This document shows positions 13,681 to 27,620 of a stretch of DNA of 64,000 nucleotides, piece after piece. The first letter of the stretch is position 1. Each line of letters starts with the position of its first letter. Both the position numbers and the translations under genes were made by a program. The notes below the pieces were generated by a model that made no database searches, was not told where the DNA came from, and was given only the letters and a program-made list of their open reading frames with translations. The DNA comes from Paraspadella gotoi (taxonomy: Eukaryota; Animalia; Chaetognatha). The stretch is taken from positions 12,177,692 to 12,241,691 of the forward strand of contig CM119267.1 of NCBI GenBank assembly GCA_051294375.1, read 5' to 3'.

Positions 13681-14407
13681 GGTAGGTCGTGAGAGAAGGC
13701 TGACGAGTAGGGCGGTGAGGAAAGTGAAGGTAGGCGCGGAGTAAACACGACGTAACAACGACTCGAATCTCGAGTCTCGACGGAAATCGACTTCGACGCT
13801 TCTTATTAAAAGCAAGACGAACGACGTCCATAAAAATCCACGACGAAGACGAAGAAGAAGAAGACGACGTCGAAACTCCTTCTCTGCTCTTCACCAAGAG
13901 AGCGTCCCCTTTGCAGGGCGCGCTTTTTTTCATTTTTTTTTCTTAGAATCGGGAGCAGAAATCGAGAAAACTTAGGGAGTAAGGTGATTTTTTTTTTCCT
14001 TCGAATATGTAATTTTTTATGTTAATGTTCTTGCAGCGCCTGAATTCTAAATTTTTTTCCCTTTCATTTATTTCTTTCTTCAGTTTTTTATCTTTTTGTT
14101 TCTTTACTCTCTATCTTTCTTTCTTTCTTTCTTACTTGCTCTTCCTTTCTTTTTTTTTCTACTCTCCTCTCACAATAGCCTCTCAAGTTTCCTCGCTCCT
14201 CTCCAATCCTCTCTTTTTCTCCGCCTCGAATCAACCTTTATCCGCAACCCTCCCCCCGTAAAAGCCAAATCCCCCCACATCGAAAAATCCCCGAAGCGTT
14301 TTTATTTTCTCCCTCAATCTCGGCGTCGGCCTCGCATTCGTCAAAGGAGGAGAACCTTTAGTCGGAAATGACACGTGGGGTGGGGATCGGTGGGGGGTGG
14401 TTCACGG

Positions 14408-14875
14408 AAGGGATTGGAGAAGAGGAGGGGAAGGAAAGGAAAATGGGGAAGGGATTGAGGAAGGGGGGGGAATGAAAGGAAAATAGGGGAAGGGATTGGA
14501 GGAAGAGGGGGAAGGAAAGGAAAATGGGGGAAGGTTGGAGGAAGAAGGGGGAAGGAAATGAAAATGGGGGAAGGGATAGTAGGAAGAGGAGGGGAAGGAA
14601 AGAAAAGGGGGGAAGGGATGGGAGGAAGAAGGGGGAAGGAAAGGAAAATGGGGGAAGGGATATGGAGGAAGAGGAGGGGAAGGAAAGGAAAAGGGGGGAA
14701 GGGATGGGGGAGAGGGGGGAAGGAAAGGAAAATGGGGAAGGTGGTAGTAGGAAGAGGAGGGGAAGGAAAGGAAAACTGGGGAAGGGATATTGTGAGGAGT
14801 GAGGATGGGAAGGAAAGGAAATTTGGGGAAGGATGGAGGAAGAGGGGAAAGTAAAGGAAAATGGGGGAAGGGAAT
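14408..14875. repeat. Purine-rich minisatellite, ~41-bp unit
   Basis: Repeats of GGGATTGGAGGAAGAGGGGGAAGGAAAGGAAAATGGGGGAA. Confidence 0.9.
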
Positions 14876-15191
14876 GCAGGGAAAAAGAGTTGTTAGTTTT
14901 CCTTTTTTTTTCGATGCGTTATTTGTTTGAGGTAGAAAATGAATTGTTTGTTAACATACAACTTCTTTTATTATGAAATATAAATTTCGGACATGTTTCG
15001 GCTTTAGTGTAAACAGCGCAAAAGTGTGAATACGTAGGAACAGAAATAAGATTTAAGGAAAGGAAGGTTGAGTTCGATGAGATGAAAAGTAATGGTTGGA
15101 TTTTTTTGGTTTGTTGTAACTTTTTCACGCCTTCTCTTAAACGATATAACGAACGAAGTCACCAACCAAACGAACAAGTCTTACTCCTTTT

Positions 15192-16148
15192 TAGTCGGAT
15201 CTGTTTATCAGCAGATTCCGACTCTATATTATTCCGACTCTATACTATAATTCACTTAGTCGGTCCGTCGGTCCCACCCCAAAATATTGTCGGTAAATCA
15301 TTTTTATCATATCAGATTCAGAAACTCGAATTATGATAAATTAAAAAAAAAAATGTCCGTCCGTCCGTCTGTCTGTCTGAGTGTCCGTCCGTCCGTCTGT
15401 CGTTCTATTCGTCCTTCCCCTTTTAAACTTAAACTTAAACTCGTGATTAGATGGATGGATTAGAATTAAATTTTGTGTGTGGGTAGGAAAGTGTGTGATT
15501 GAGTTGGATATAAAGTTTCGATGGAATCGTGCAAGTGGAAATCATTTAAAAAAAAATCTATTTTACTATTTGAACGCATATTGGATGGGACGATTCATTT
15601 GAAATTATGTACGTGGGTAGGAAAGTGTGTGATTAAGCTGGATATGAAGTTTTGATGGAATCGTCCGAGTGGAAATGAGTTTAAATGGAAAAAACAAAAA
15701 ACCTGTTTCACTAATTGATTATGCTTCTTTTTCCTTTTATATTAAATGTAAATGCAAAATGTATTAATTAATCAAATAATGAATCAGTTAATTAATTAAC
15801 TAAGCAATTAATTAATAAATAATTAATTAATCGGTCATTAAACAGTCAATTAATTATTCAATCAATCAATATATTTAGTTATCTATTAATCATTTATTCA
15901 ATTAATCAATTTGCTTATAAATTAATTAATTATTTAATCAATTAATCAATCAATCAAGTCAATATTTGTCGGCATTATTGTCGTCATCGCCATCATCATT
16001 GTCATTGCTTTTGTCGTGGTCAGTGACGTAAAGACCTAAAAACAAACATTTCGGATCAAATTAATTAATTTATTAATTAAATTATTATTTTAGTTTATAT
16101 AATTGGTATGATCGTGGGCAGATCCGACATTGTTTGCTCAAACTTGTT
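15192..16148 (+). mobile_element. Non-autonomous Helentron-type (HINE/DINE-1-like) element
   Basis: 5' GTCGGATCTG..CAGATTCCGAC hairpin, (GTCC/GTCT)n microsatellite, duplicated core, 3' subterminal CAGATCCGAC followed by ...AAACTTGTT; T-rich junctions, no TSD. Confidence 0.75.
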
Positions 16149-16190
16149 TCTTTCACCAGCTCGGTCTCACGGGTTAACGCCCTGGCTCAC

Positions 16191-16226
16191 CTCTCTCCCT
16201 GGTTCCTTTATTGCGGAAATTAAAGT
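16191..16226 (-). CDS. Candidate 36-nt GPCR ICL3 micro-exon
   Basis: ctatcAG / GTGAGC sites. In phase 0-0 it reads TLISAIKEPGRE, which joins TM6 as ...EPGRE|MTLAC. A further phase 2-to-0 exon is still needed upstream and was not found. Confidence 0.35.
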
Positions 16227-16920
16227 CTGATAGAATTTCAAAATCACAATGAGAAATCACAGTGAGAAATCACCGCCAACACCTTTTTCTCTCCTTATTT
16301 CCTCTTTTAAAAATATTCTTTTTGACTTTTCCTTTTTTTTGGAACTTTCAGTTTTTCTTTCTTTTTAAAATGATTTTTATTTTCTCCTTAATTTTTTCTT
16401 CGGGTTTTTAGAAAATGATAGTCGGCTCATGGAATTCGCTCGTTTTCAGAGTTCAGACAAAGCCGCTTTAGAGGTCTTTCATAGTTTTTAATTTGATCAG
16501 GAACAGGTATATCATATCCTTTTAAGCAATTGGTACAAGCAATAAAAAATATTTAATAAATTTAATAAATAAGCCATCTTGTTTCTGACTTTGAACAGGC
16601 GAATTAAGATAATTACATACAAAGACTCATAGACTAATTGGCTTCTCTAGCTATCAATAAAGACTCAATTCTATAGATANNNNNNNNNNGATCCATATCA
16701 ACGAGTTCCTCCCATCGTTCAGCGCCTTATTGTCTCCCCCCCATCGACCCCACACTCTCCTCTTTAAAGCGCATATAGACAGATATGCTATTGTCTCATT
16801 CTCCATAATATCCGGTATTATTTCTTCTTCGTTTCTACGTCGATATAAGATCCTCATCTCATATAGAGGTCGTTTCCATTCTGAAATTGTCTCCCTTTCT
16901 CTCTGTGATGTGTGTGTGCG

Positions 16921-16960
<40 letters not shown>

Positions 16961-18474
16961 TTCTCGGTTCCACCGGCCACGCCCACTTCCGGTGCCATTT
17001 CGATGTCGCCGCCCATTTTCTTTTTATCCTCTCTCGTCAAGTGCGTCGGTTGATCCGCGGGAAATTCGCATCTTTCGTCCCGCGGGTCGAATATCGCAGT
17101 CGCGCTCGACGGTGAACGGTTGACTAAAGAACAAACGAATGAACGAAGGAATAAGAGAATAAGCGAACGAATGAACCAACGGACTAATGAACGAACAAAC
17201 GAACGGACTAACGAACGCCAGAAAAGGATAATTTTGTTGCTTTCAATGCAATAAGCGACCTTACGTTCGGTAATACCGACTGGAAGAAACTGTCGCCAGA
17301 AATAAGACGGCCAATAATCTGGCCTTCTCGAATCTCGATGCCACCCGAGTTCCATTCAGAACTCCACCGCCCTCTTTTCATTGTCGCCTCACCAACCCCC
17401 CCTCTCATCCAGACTCTCACCGTCCTCACACGCCTGATCGCCCCCGTGTCACAACGTGCCAGGTTTTCCCTGACGCCTGCTCGCTCCTTCAGAGTTGGAC
17501 GTATTCAAACTTTTTTTTCCTTCTGTTTGATCCGTCGGTTTTTCCTCTTCGACCTTTCGCGTCCTCGAGAAAATAAAAAAAGCTCATATCCGTTCGGGCG
17601 TTTAGCAACGCATGGCTGCTTCCAGGTCGGTGTCACCCGGGTATCGTGGGACGAACCTACCTTTGTTTCTCGGTAGCGAGCCGTACATCTAAACCTTGAA
17701 ACATTTCGCCTCGACTTTTGATTAAGAACCATAAACTAGGTCGACGGGCGATCGCGGAAAGGCCAATGATGGAGACTTGAATCGAAGCGATGAGAAATCC
17801 GCGGAATTTTTTTTTCTCATCTTGCCATCCCGACCCGAGACACTTATTCTCTCGTTCTTCCAACTCGATTAAATTGAGAAATGTCGTTGAGACGAGCTAA
17901 AAGGTCAGGCGCCCCAGACGCCAAAAGGAGAGGTAACAGAGAGGCACGGTGTTTAGAAAGCGTGAAGATACAAAATTGTAAAACAAATTATGTGTTTTAG
18001 ATTTTTGTTTTGTTTTGTAACTGTCTAGATAGATGTTTTATTACATAAATCCTATATTTAAAAAACAAGTTTGAGCAAACAATGCCGGATCTGCCCACGC
18101 TCATTAGCGGTAAGCAGCTGATCAGACAATTAATTTATAATTTATTAATTAATAAATTAAATAATTAAAAAATTAAATAATTACAAATTAAATAATTAAT
18201 TAATAAATTAAATAATTAATAAATTAAATAATTATTTAATCAATTAAAAAATTAATTAATAAATTAAATAATTAATTAATCAATTGTTAATTAATCGTTT
18301 TTCACTTTGCCTTGACTCTCAACCACAAATTAATTAATGACTAATTTATTAATAATCTATTAATACAGCTTGAATTCACATTTAATATGGACGATACTTT
18401 ATTTCCGGCTCAATCACACACCTTCCTACCCACATACAAAAGTTCAAGTCAATCGCCCCATCCACTCATGAATA

Positions 18475-20032
18475 CCATGATGGGAAAAAAAATTGGCGCG
18501 GTTAGGAAAAGTCGGTTAATTTCATTGTCAAATATAATTTAAATTAGTTTAATATGTAGGATAATCTCCCTAGGACTGAATAAAAATAATAATTTTTAAC
18601 AGCATAAAATTATTTAATGCATACAAATACTTCCAAAAGAAGGTTGTCACCAACTGCTGTTTTAAACCCTCTTTTGTTCAAGAGGACTACTCACTAGAGT
18701 GATGTGAAAATGAAAATTTTAGAAAATTAAAATTTAGTATATAAAACCATTAAAATACTTCGGTAAATTAATTTTTTAATTAGCATAAAAACTATTAAAA
18801 ATACTTTGGTAAATTTATTTTTTAATTTTATACATTAGTAGGCACCAGTAAGCTATATTTATATATAGTAATAAGTATATAATAGGCTAAAATTTAAAAA
18901 TGCAAATTTTTAAATTTTAAAATTGGATTTGGATTTCTTGCAAAAAGTTGATATAAGAAATTGTAATTCTTTTTAAAAATTATTTCATTAAGTTGGTCAA
19001 AAATAAAAAAAAACTATATTTAACCCGCCAATTTTTAATTTCCAGCTTAAAAATATAGTTTTTTGTAAGTTTAAAACCGAATTTTAATTAAAAAAATTAT
19101 TTATATTTTCTTTTATCAACTTTTAACTCTGAATCTGTTCTCAGAATAAAAAAAAATTATTTTAAAATTTTGATATTATAAAAGGGTAATACTATATACA
19201 AAATAAGCTGACTGTGCTGCTGTATTTGTAAAAAAAAATAACTACTAATAATATGATAGTTTTTAAGATATACCTGCTAAATTTTGATTCCAAACTTTTA
19301 CTTTACCCTACTACTCACATTATTGTTAATAATATACCATCTAGGAAAAAAGTATATCATATTTTTAGTAGAGGATATCTACTCGAAAACCTATATGATT
19401 TAAAAAAAATCAGAATGTTTTAAATTCTACAATAAATTAGTTTCAGTAGCTTTCTTCTATTTTTTTTGTAGCTCAAATCGTTAAGAAGTTACAGGCAAAA
19501 AAAAGATCGCAACCTCAAATAAAAAAATCATATTTAGTTTTTTAATATTTTTAATATTTATTTAGTTTTTACTTGTTTGATACTTGATTCTAATAATACA
19601 TCTAGAGGTAAATAAAGACGATAACTTTTATTGATACTTTTCAAAATAAAAAAAATATTCTGAAGCATCTACAGCATTAATGTATTTTTAATAACGCTCT
19701 TTTTTGACATAAATTAAGATTCATCCCTGAATCTATCTTAATGGAGATGATGCAATAACCATTTGCCATGAGACTGAAAAAAGGTAGGTATTTTTAATAG
19801 TAATGTTTTAACTCAAAAGTAGTAAAAAAGAAACGGAAATAAATATAAATAAAAAGTGTAGATACGTATGAAAAAGGAAGCATTTTTTGGACAATTCTTT
19901 TGCATGGAACTCTTGTATTTTTTGTTGTACATAAATGAGACACAGCTCATATGAATCATAAGCCCAAAGTTTCTCGATATTTAAATTTTATTTTAATAGC
20001 TGGAAAGTAACTGCGACAATTATTTTTCATGG
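18475..20032. mobile_element. MITE with CCATGA..TCATGG TIRs and TA flanks (Tc1/mariner-like)
   Basis: About 30-bp imperfect TIRs with TA on both sides; the host HINE sequence resumes after it; second copy at 48768-49219. Confidence 0.65.
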
Positions 20033-20140
20033 TAATTGGCCTTCAAAGCTAGGACAGATAGACGGACGGACAGACAGGCAGACAGACAGATGGAAGACAT
20101 TAATTTTTTTTCATAATTTATCTATTTAATGAAAATTATC

Positions 20141-20186
20141 AGCGCGCTAATGAAGACTCGCGTTGGAGTCAAAACATGTCCTGCTT
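20141..20186 (+). ncRNA. Decayed hammerhead motif of the same family
   Basis: CTAATGA-A-GACTC-gcgttg-GAGTC-AAAACATGTC, two core substitutions relative to CTGATGA/GAAA. Confidence 0.5.
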
Positions 20187-21375
20187 AATAAAATAAAATG
20201 GTTGTTGCATCAAAAATAATTTTCGATAAATTTCAAACACAACGAAATGAAAGGATGTTATCGAGCATAATTTATCATAATTCGATATTCTGAGATGACG
20301 TAAGTGACTTACCGACAAGATTTTGGGGTGGGACCGACGGACCGACAAAGTGGATTATAGAGCCGGAATCTGCTATAAGCAGATATAAGCAGATCCGGTT
20401 AATAAACTTTTAAATAAACATATTTTGTAAAGAAAGTTATTTACATTGCCTAGTAACTCGTATGCCTCAATCGGTCCGTACATTTTTTTTTAAACATTTT
20501 TTTTTATTAAAACAAAAACATTAAATAAACAATTGCGTATTCCACACACTCTCCAGTGGCCATGAATGTCGGGTTTCGTTAACCTTTGTTTTCGTCGCGA
20601 ATTTACGAGGGTAAGTAAACGCGGTGGCGTCGGCTTCGACGCTTCAGTCCTTTCCTGTCACCGTTTAACTGCAGCCGCTGGTCATCAAGTCTACAAATAT
20701 CGACTTGATGGCAGCGGACTGAAGAGCGAGGGGAGAGTCCGGAAGATGTCGTTGGGGATGGAAAGGGGAAGAGAAACGAGGAGTATAGATATTTTTCAAT
20801 TCGAACCGTCAAACAGAGCGTAGGGAAAAATTAGTGAATATACCTATGGTATAGTCAAGTAAAAAATTAAAAAATTAAGAAAGAATGCAAGAAAGAAATA
20901 ACGATAACGATTAGGATAATAATAATGTCCTTTGTCCAACAAGAAAGAAAGAAGAAATGAAAAAGAAAGAAAGGAAGATTTGTAAAAATAAAAAAAAAGG
21001 AAAAGAAAGGTTTCTTTCCCTGGTACAGTATTTTTTCTTTTTTTGGTCTGATTATTATTACCGACTGATGAACGTTTACAAAGAGAAGCGTCGTCAAATA
21101 AGCAATCGAATAATTCATGGGAGAAATAGAGACAGAGAGATCAAGGTTCCTTGAGACCTGACGAGTCTATATTTAACTCAAAGCCATGAATTTATAAGAG
21201 GATAGCCAGAGCCAAAGCGATGAAAGGAAAGGAAAGGGAGGCGATGGATAATAGCGGAGGGAATTAAAAGGAGGAAGGGAGGAAGGGAGGAAAGGAAAGA
21301 GAGATTGGGTGGGGGTAACTGAGTTATGAAAAGAAAATGACAAAAGTCAAGGAAAAATAAGAGGGAGAGAGAGAG

Positions 21376-21440
<65 letters not shown>

Positions 21441-21495
21441 AGAGAGAGAATAGATAGATAGAGAGAGATAAAAAGCAAAGTTGAGGTTTATCATG

Positions 21496-22198
21496 ACGGC
21501 CATATTTTCCAGAAAGTGCCCAATTTCAGCTTAGTGATAGGGGTTAAAGTTAGGGTGATAATATGATGCCTCGCCACTCTATCAATCACGCTTTCCCTCA
21601 GTTATTATTTGACCGGTCTTTTACTGATCGGCCAACTGTTTTAGCGGTCTTTTATCTGACCATCTCAAAATTTACTTGAGATGCAAAACCGCAATCATTT
21701 TCGTTTCAAGGAAAATCATTAACATTAATCGTCCGTCCGAAACTCTAGTTTTACGAGTTTCTGGAGTGCCTACATATAATTATGATTAAATAGTAAATTG
21801 TTATGAACCAATTTCGTCTTTATTTCTTCATAAAAAAGTATTTAAGAACTCATGTTAAACCCTTTGGACGGGCGACATTCCAAATGCTCAAATTTCACAA
21901 GCGTGAAGACAAAGTTCTTTAGATAGGGAGTAGGGTTAACGGTTAGGTTAGGGATTTGGTAAAGCATTAGTACGTAAGGGATTAGGGTTATAAATAAGGG
22001 TTGGAGGTAAGGAATAATATTAGGGATTTGGATTAGGGTTTATGGATTTAAGGTAAGGATCAAGTTAGGGTTAAGTATTAGAGGTTTAAGGATTGAGTTA
22101 AATATTTTATAAGAGATTAGGGTTAAATATTTGGGTTAAAATTATGTGAGTTCTCGGATTAAGAACAGAAATGGGGCACTTTCAAAAAATAGTACCAT
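21496..22198. mobile_element. MITE-like element with degenerate TTAGGG arrays
   Basis: Inverted GAAAGTGCCCAATTTC (21512) / GAAATGGGGCACTTTC (22168); internal TTAGGG-like repeats at 21925-22140. Confidence 0.55.
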
Positions 22199-22970
22199 AA
22201 AGAATCGAGTTAGATAGAAGAGAAGACTGAAAAGTGAGTCTCTCCGGAAAAAAATTGAGTTTGAACAAGATTATGATTAACGGTTTTTCTTTCGGTTGTC
22301 AGACTGAAAGAAAAATATATAGGAAAGATTATTCGTCTTTCATAATTTATCGCTTCAGTTTAACTTTTCAAAGAAACTAACATTTTTTTTCTTCCGATAT
22401 TAGGTTTTGAATAAAAAAAATTAGTTTTACTGTTGAGATAAGATAAGATTTAATTTAATTTTTTTATACGGAAAATTTTTCTGGAATTAGTTTTTGTTTG
22501 GAAATCCGAAAACCAGAAAGAAAAACAGAAAAACAAAAGAGGACGCTTCCGTCGACTCGGAAAAAAACAATAAGGTTCGTTGCCAACAAAAGGGCAACTC
22601 GACGAACGAGGTGGCGAAATGGGATTTTCAACGGCCGAGAGACAGAGACGGAAAGAGTTTCGGCGAGAGCGAGACAGAGACGGAGTGAGACCGAGATAAC
22701 GTCAGTCAGAAACAGTGAGGAAAAAAATGAGAGAGAGAGAGGGAGACGGAGATATAGAGTGACAATGAGGGAGAGAGAGAGAGAGAGACTGATTTATCGT
22801 TTCGGTCGGATTTTGACGGGAAAATCATAAAAAAGAAAAACGAGGCAGAAAATTCGTTCATGAAAAACTAAATTAAAACGAATCAAATAAAATTCGAACG
22901 ACGCCAGCGGATGAGGATGAAGACGGATTTGAAAAAAACAAAAAAACAGATGAACATAGGGGGGAGAAGA

Positions 22971-24476
22971 TTTTGACTTTCTGCTTTTGGCTTTAGCCTT
23001 TCTGCTTTTGACTTTTTGCTTTTGGCTTTTGCCTTTCTGCTTTTGACTTTCTGCTTTTGACTTACTGCTTTTGGCTTTCGCCTTTCTGCTTTTGGCTTTC
23101 TGCTTTTGGCTTTCCGCTTTTGACTTTCTGCTTTTGGCTTTCTGCTTTTAGCTTTTGCCTTTCTGTTTTTGCCTTTCTGCTTTTGACTATCTCCTTTTGG
23201 CTTTCTGCTTTTGGCTTTTTGCTTTTGGCTTTCACCTTTCTGTTTTTTCCTTTCTGTTTTTGCCCTTCTGCTTTTGACTATCTGCTTTTGGCTTTTTGCT
23301 TTTGGCTTTCTGCATTTGGCTTTTGGCTTTCAGCTTTTGCCTTACTGATTTTGCTTTCTGTTTTTGACTTTCTACTTTTGGCTTTCTGCTTTTGGCTTTC
23401 TGCTTTTGACTTTCTGCTTCTGGCTTTCTGCTTTTGGCTTTCTGCTTTTGACGTTCTGCTTTTGACTTTCTGCTTTTGGCTTTTTGCTTTGGGCTTTCTG
23501 CTTTTGGCATTGCGCCTTTCTGCTTTTGACTCCTGCTTTTGACTTTCTGCTTTTAAACTTTCTGCTTTTGACTTTCTGCTTTTGACTTTCTCGCTTTTGG
23601 CTTTCGCCTTTCTGCTTTTGACTTTCTGCTTTTGACTTTTTGCTTTTAACCTTTTTTGTCTTTTGACTTTCTGCTTTTGCTTTATGCTTTTGACTTTTTG
23701 CTTTAAACTTTCTGGCTTTTGACTTTCTGCCTTTACTTTTGCTTTTGACTTTATCTCTTCTCTATCTCTGCTTTAATCTCTGCTTTTGACTTTATGCTTT
23801 TGACTTTTGCTTTAACTTTCTGCTTGTACTCTGCTTTTTGACTTTCTGGCTTGTACTTTTTGCTTAATTCTTCTTGCTTGACTTTCTGCTTTTGACTTTC
23901 TGCTTTTGACTTTATGCTTTTGACTTTCTGCTTTTAACTTTCTGTGCTTTTGACTTTCTGCTTTTGACTTTTTGCTTTTAACTTTCTGCTTTTGACTTTC
24001 TGCTTTTGACTTTCCTGCTTTTGACTTTCTGCTATTTTTGACTTTTGCTTTTGACTTTCTGCTTTTGACTTTATGCTTTTGACTTTTTGGCTTTGTTAAC
24101 TTTCTGCTTTTGACTTTCTGCCTTTTGACTTTCTGCTTTTGACTTGTTTGCTTTTACTTTGCTGCTTTTGGACTTTTCTGCTTTTGAACTTTCTTGCTTT
24201 TGACTTTATAGCTTTTGACTTTTCTGCTTTTGACTTTTTGCTTTTGACTTTCTGATTTTAACTTTCTGCTTTTGACTTTCTGTCTTTTAAACTTTCTGCT
24301 TTTGACTTTCTGCTTTTGACTTTCTGCTTTGAACTTCCTGCTTTTGCTTTATGCTTTTGACTTTTTTGCTTTTGACTTTCTGTTTTTGACCTTTCCCTGC
24401 TTTTGACTTTCTGCTTTTAACTTTCTGCTTTTGACTTTCTGTTTTTGACTTTCTGCTTTTGACTTTCTGCTTTTAG
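22971..24476. repeat. 1.5-kb tandem array, ~14-bp unit CTTTCTGCTTTTGA/G
   Basis: Direct reading; explains the spurious hydrophobic ORFs at 23057-23542. Confidence 0.95.
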
Positions 24477-24826
24477 ATTTCGGCGTCGAGAAAGTTGACC
24501 GGTTTTTTGTCGCTACCATATTTCAGCATTTCTGCGTCTGTCTCTTCTTCAAAAAAAAGATTCTGTCAACACAAATGGAATATGCAGTAAAATACAAAGA
24601 GAAATATATCGAAACCGAAAAAAAAATTATTATCCACAAAAAGTTATCCTGTAAATTAGCGAAGATGCCGTTGGGATCCAAAACAACAACAACAACGATA
24701 ACACCACCAACAAGAACAACAACAACAACGACGACGACGACGACGACGAAAACGCCGTCGACTACAAAAAACAGCCAAATAAATGAGTTTTCGCAAATCC
24801 GGAATTCCAAGAGAAATAAGCGCTCT

Positions 24827-24905
<79 letters not shown>

Positions 24906-26517
24906 TGAACGAGTATTTCGCCTCATAAAAGAATGAAAAGCCCTGGGAGAAGAAAGAAAATCAAAGCTTCTTTTTTCTCCTTTTCTGCTTCTTTATGTTC
25001 ATTGGGAAATAAATTGCAATGACGTTTGAGAGGCCAACGGGGCGGAGGGGGGGGGAGGGCGAGATGAAGGTTATGTGGGGCGGTAAGGGGTAAGGGCCAA
25101 AGGGTTTCGAATCTCCAAGGGGGCGAGAGGAATTTGCGACCTCAAATGTAAAGAAGGAAAAAAAGAAAAGTGGGGCCGAAGACGGAATGTCGAAGGGCGA
25201 AGACCACGATCCATTCCCGCGAATTCCTAACGAGCAAAGACTGACCCGCCCTACGATCGTTTGCTCGGACTCGCACGGTCGCACCATCTGGGGTTCGAAT
25301 TCTCACAATCGCGATCTCTCACAATCTCAGGATCTCTCTCTCACACCGGTCGATTTACTACTCTCTCGACCGAATCGGAACGATTCACATCCGAGGGGGG
25401 TTTCTCTTACATTACTTTAACAGTAGTCAAAAAACATAACTTAAACTTAAATTATGACAACAGAATCCCCGAGTTTTTTAACAATATATGGATCAGGGTT
25501 AAAAAAAAACTCCTTGAATAATGGATTCGCATCGTCAGCAATATAATCCGATCGTTGGCGCCGACGAAATTCGTCATCGCCGACCGCGTCATTTACGTCA
25601 TCGCCTCGTTATGCTTCATCGCTTCCGGGGCGCCGCGCCGAGCCGCGCCGCAAACGACGCCGGGGACATAAAAATCCTTCGGGCGCCGTTCGCGCCACCT
25701 GCGATCGTCGGCGAAACAACGACAACGATGACAACAACAACGACATGTACCTTGTAATGATGACCGCGATTGTTGGGCCTTTGGATGATCGCTGATTTGT
25801 AAAAAAGGATAGAAGACCTGTTGGAGGGGGGAAGTGGGTAAGTGAGGGGGATATAATAAATGTGAAAATGGAAGCCGTAAATGTTTGAGGGTAGAACGTA
25901 GAGGAGAAAAGCTTAGAAAAAGTATTGACTATTGAGTTCTCAATTTATACAGTATTACAAAATTATTTAACTTCATTGATAACTCTGTGAGTTAATAATA
26001 GAAAGGGAGCGGCTATATTACTGCCTAAGGGGGATGTAGGCCTAAACCCTCAATAGCTTGTTTAAATTTAATGACTGAATAATTTTTATATTGGTTGGGG
26101 CGGAGAAAAAGGAAGAAAGAGAATCAGAATTTGCAAAACGGACAACTTTGCATAATTACTAATCAGATGAGGAGGAAGATGGAAAACAAACGACTGAGTT
26201 TGCGAGGCAAAGGAAAAAAGAAGAGAAAAGAAAAGAAGGAGTAAATAAAAAAAACTACTAAGGATAAAAAGCTAATGAGAAAAACGATAAAGGAGGAGCG
26301 AAAAAAGAAAAGAAAAGAAACATTTGCGACGAAGAAGTAGAATATCAAGTGCGAAAGCATTTAAGAAAAGTATCGCACCTGGAATCGCGTGGAAGGTGAG
26401 AGGGAAGGAAAGAAAGAAGAAAAGATAGAAAGAAAGAAAGAAAAACAATAAAAAATTAAAGAAAAAAAGATTAAAGGAGAAAAGTTTTTTTTTAAACAAC
26501 GAATTTATTTAACATGA

Positions 26518-26560
26518 AAATGGACATGTTTCGACTTCAATGTAAGCCTTCATCAGCGCA
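26518..26560 (-). ncRNA. Minimal type I hammerhead ribozyme motif (PLE-type)
   Basis: Minus strand reads CTGATGA-A-GGCTT-acattg-AAGTC-GAAACATGTC: intact core and palindromic stem III (ACATGT), but stem I pairs poorly. Same strand as, and about 170 nt 3' of, the Penelope ORF. Confidence 0.65.
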
Positions 26561-26603
26561 AAATGAATTGAATTTTGAAATAAATATTTTCACAGAGTTT
26601 GAA

Positions 26604-26686
<83 letters not shown>

Positions 26687-26728
26687 AAGAGATTGAAAGA
26701 TGCTTTAGCATTGGGAGCAAGACCTTCT

Positions 26729-27620
26729 TCATCTTACTGCAGCCGTCTTTTGGGTAGGAGTTTTTTGAGGAGAGTCAACCGAAGTTGCTAGAGCATCAGA
26801 AGAGGCATTGTGTGCCCATTGTCTTTCAAGAGGTCTCCCTCTGCCCCAGTGGAGACAGGGGAGTGCCGGGCCCTCTACCACGTTTTTGATAAGCGAATCA
26901 TAGCTATGAGGGAGTTGGAAGCGTCCTCCATCACGATTCAGGGAGGGCACGAGGGCCTTGATGTATATGGCTTCTCTAATACCTCTTGTGTACCAGTTGT
27001 CGTCACGGGCCAGCATGAGACAGTCAGATTCTCTGAACAGATGGCCTGTGTTTGCAGCATGCTCTGCGACTGCAGAGAGATCGTGACCTCTTGAGTCACG
27101 GGATGGTTGACAGTGTTGTTTGAACCGATCTGTTAGAGATTTGCCAGTCTCTCCCACGTAAGCTGCGGTGCAGGCCTGGTTGCCCGAGCCTGCACAAGCT
27201 GTCAGGTAGACAGCACCTGACGACTTGGTTTTGGGGATTTTGTCTTTCGGTTTCACCATTTTTGTTTTTCGGTTTCACCATTTGCTCTCGCAAACAGCCG
27301 CGGGTCGTCACTAAGATGGTAAGGTGTACTTATCAGTGTGTGAAGGTTTTCGGTATACCGAAAATACGAGAAAGCCGTCATTTTTCCGTCTGACAATACG
27401 TCGAGCATGGGTATTTGCCCGTTATCCTCTCTCTCGCAGGTCCACTTAATGCTTGTCTCGATACTGTTTAAAAGGATCAGATGGGCTCGGTGAGCTCATT
27501 TTTTACTGCCAATATTGTGTCGTCCTCCTTACGATACCAAAATAAGATTGAGTCTTTCCCATACAGAGAGCGAAAAGAGGCTAAGGCTTCCAACTCGTAT
27601 TCCTCCATATAAAAATCTGC
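26729..27620 (-). mobile_element. Degenerate Penelope-like retroelement (RT C-terminal remnants plus GIY-YIG)
   Basis: GAVYL..C..C..AYVGETG...IREAIYIK..PSLNRDGG. Upstream remnants LSPLADFYME, WYRKEDDT (decayed YVDD) and SVYRKPSHTDKY; contains frameshifts and a small local duplication near 27245-27285. Confidence 0.92.

Larger units (their letters stand above)
18064..20402 (-). mobile_element. HINE-like element with nested insertions
   Basis: Both termini match 15192-16148 in reverse; interrupted by the MITE at 18475-20032. Confidence 0.7.

Noticed and set aside
13680-13933. N-terminal part of the 222-aa ORF as Penelope coding sequence
   Set aside because: Homology with the second Penelope copy stops near 13680; the upstream part is flanking DNA that is open by chance.
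21925-22140. Interstitial telomere
   Set aside because: The TTAGGG units are highly degenerate and enclosed by inverted repeats of a MITE-like element.
23057-23542. Hydrophobic repetitive ORF resembling a membrane protein
   Set aside because: Product of a 14-bp tandem array with frequent indels.
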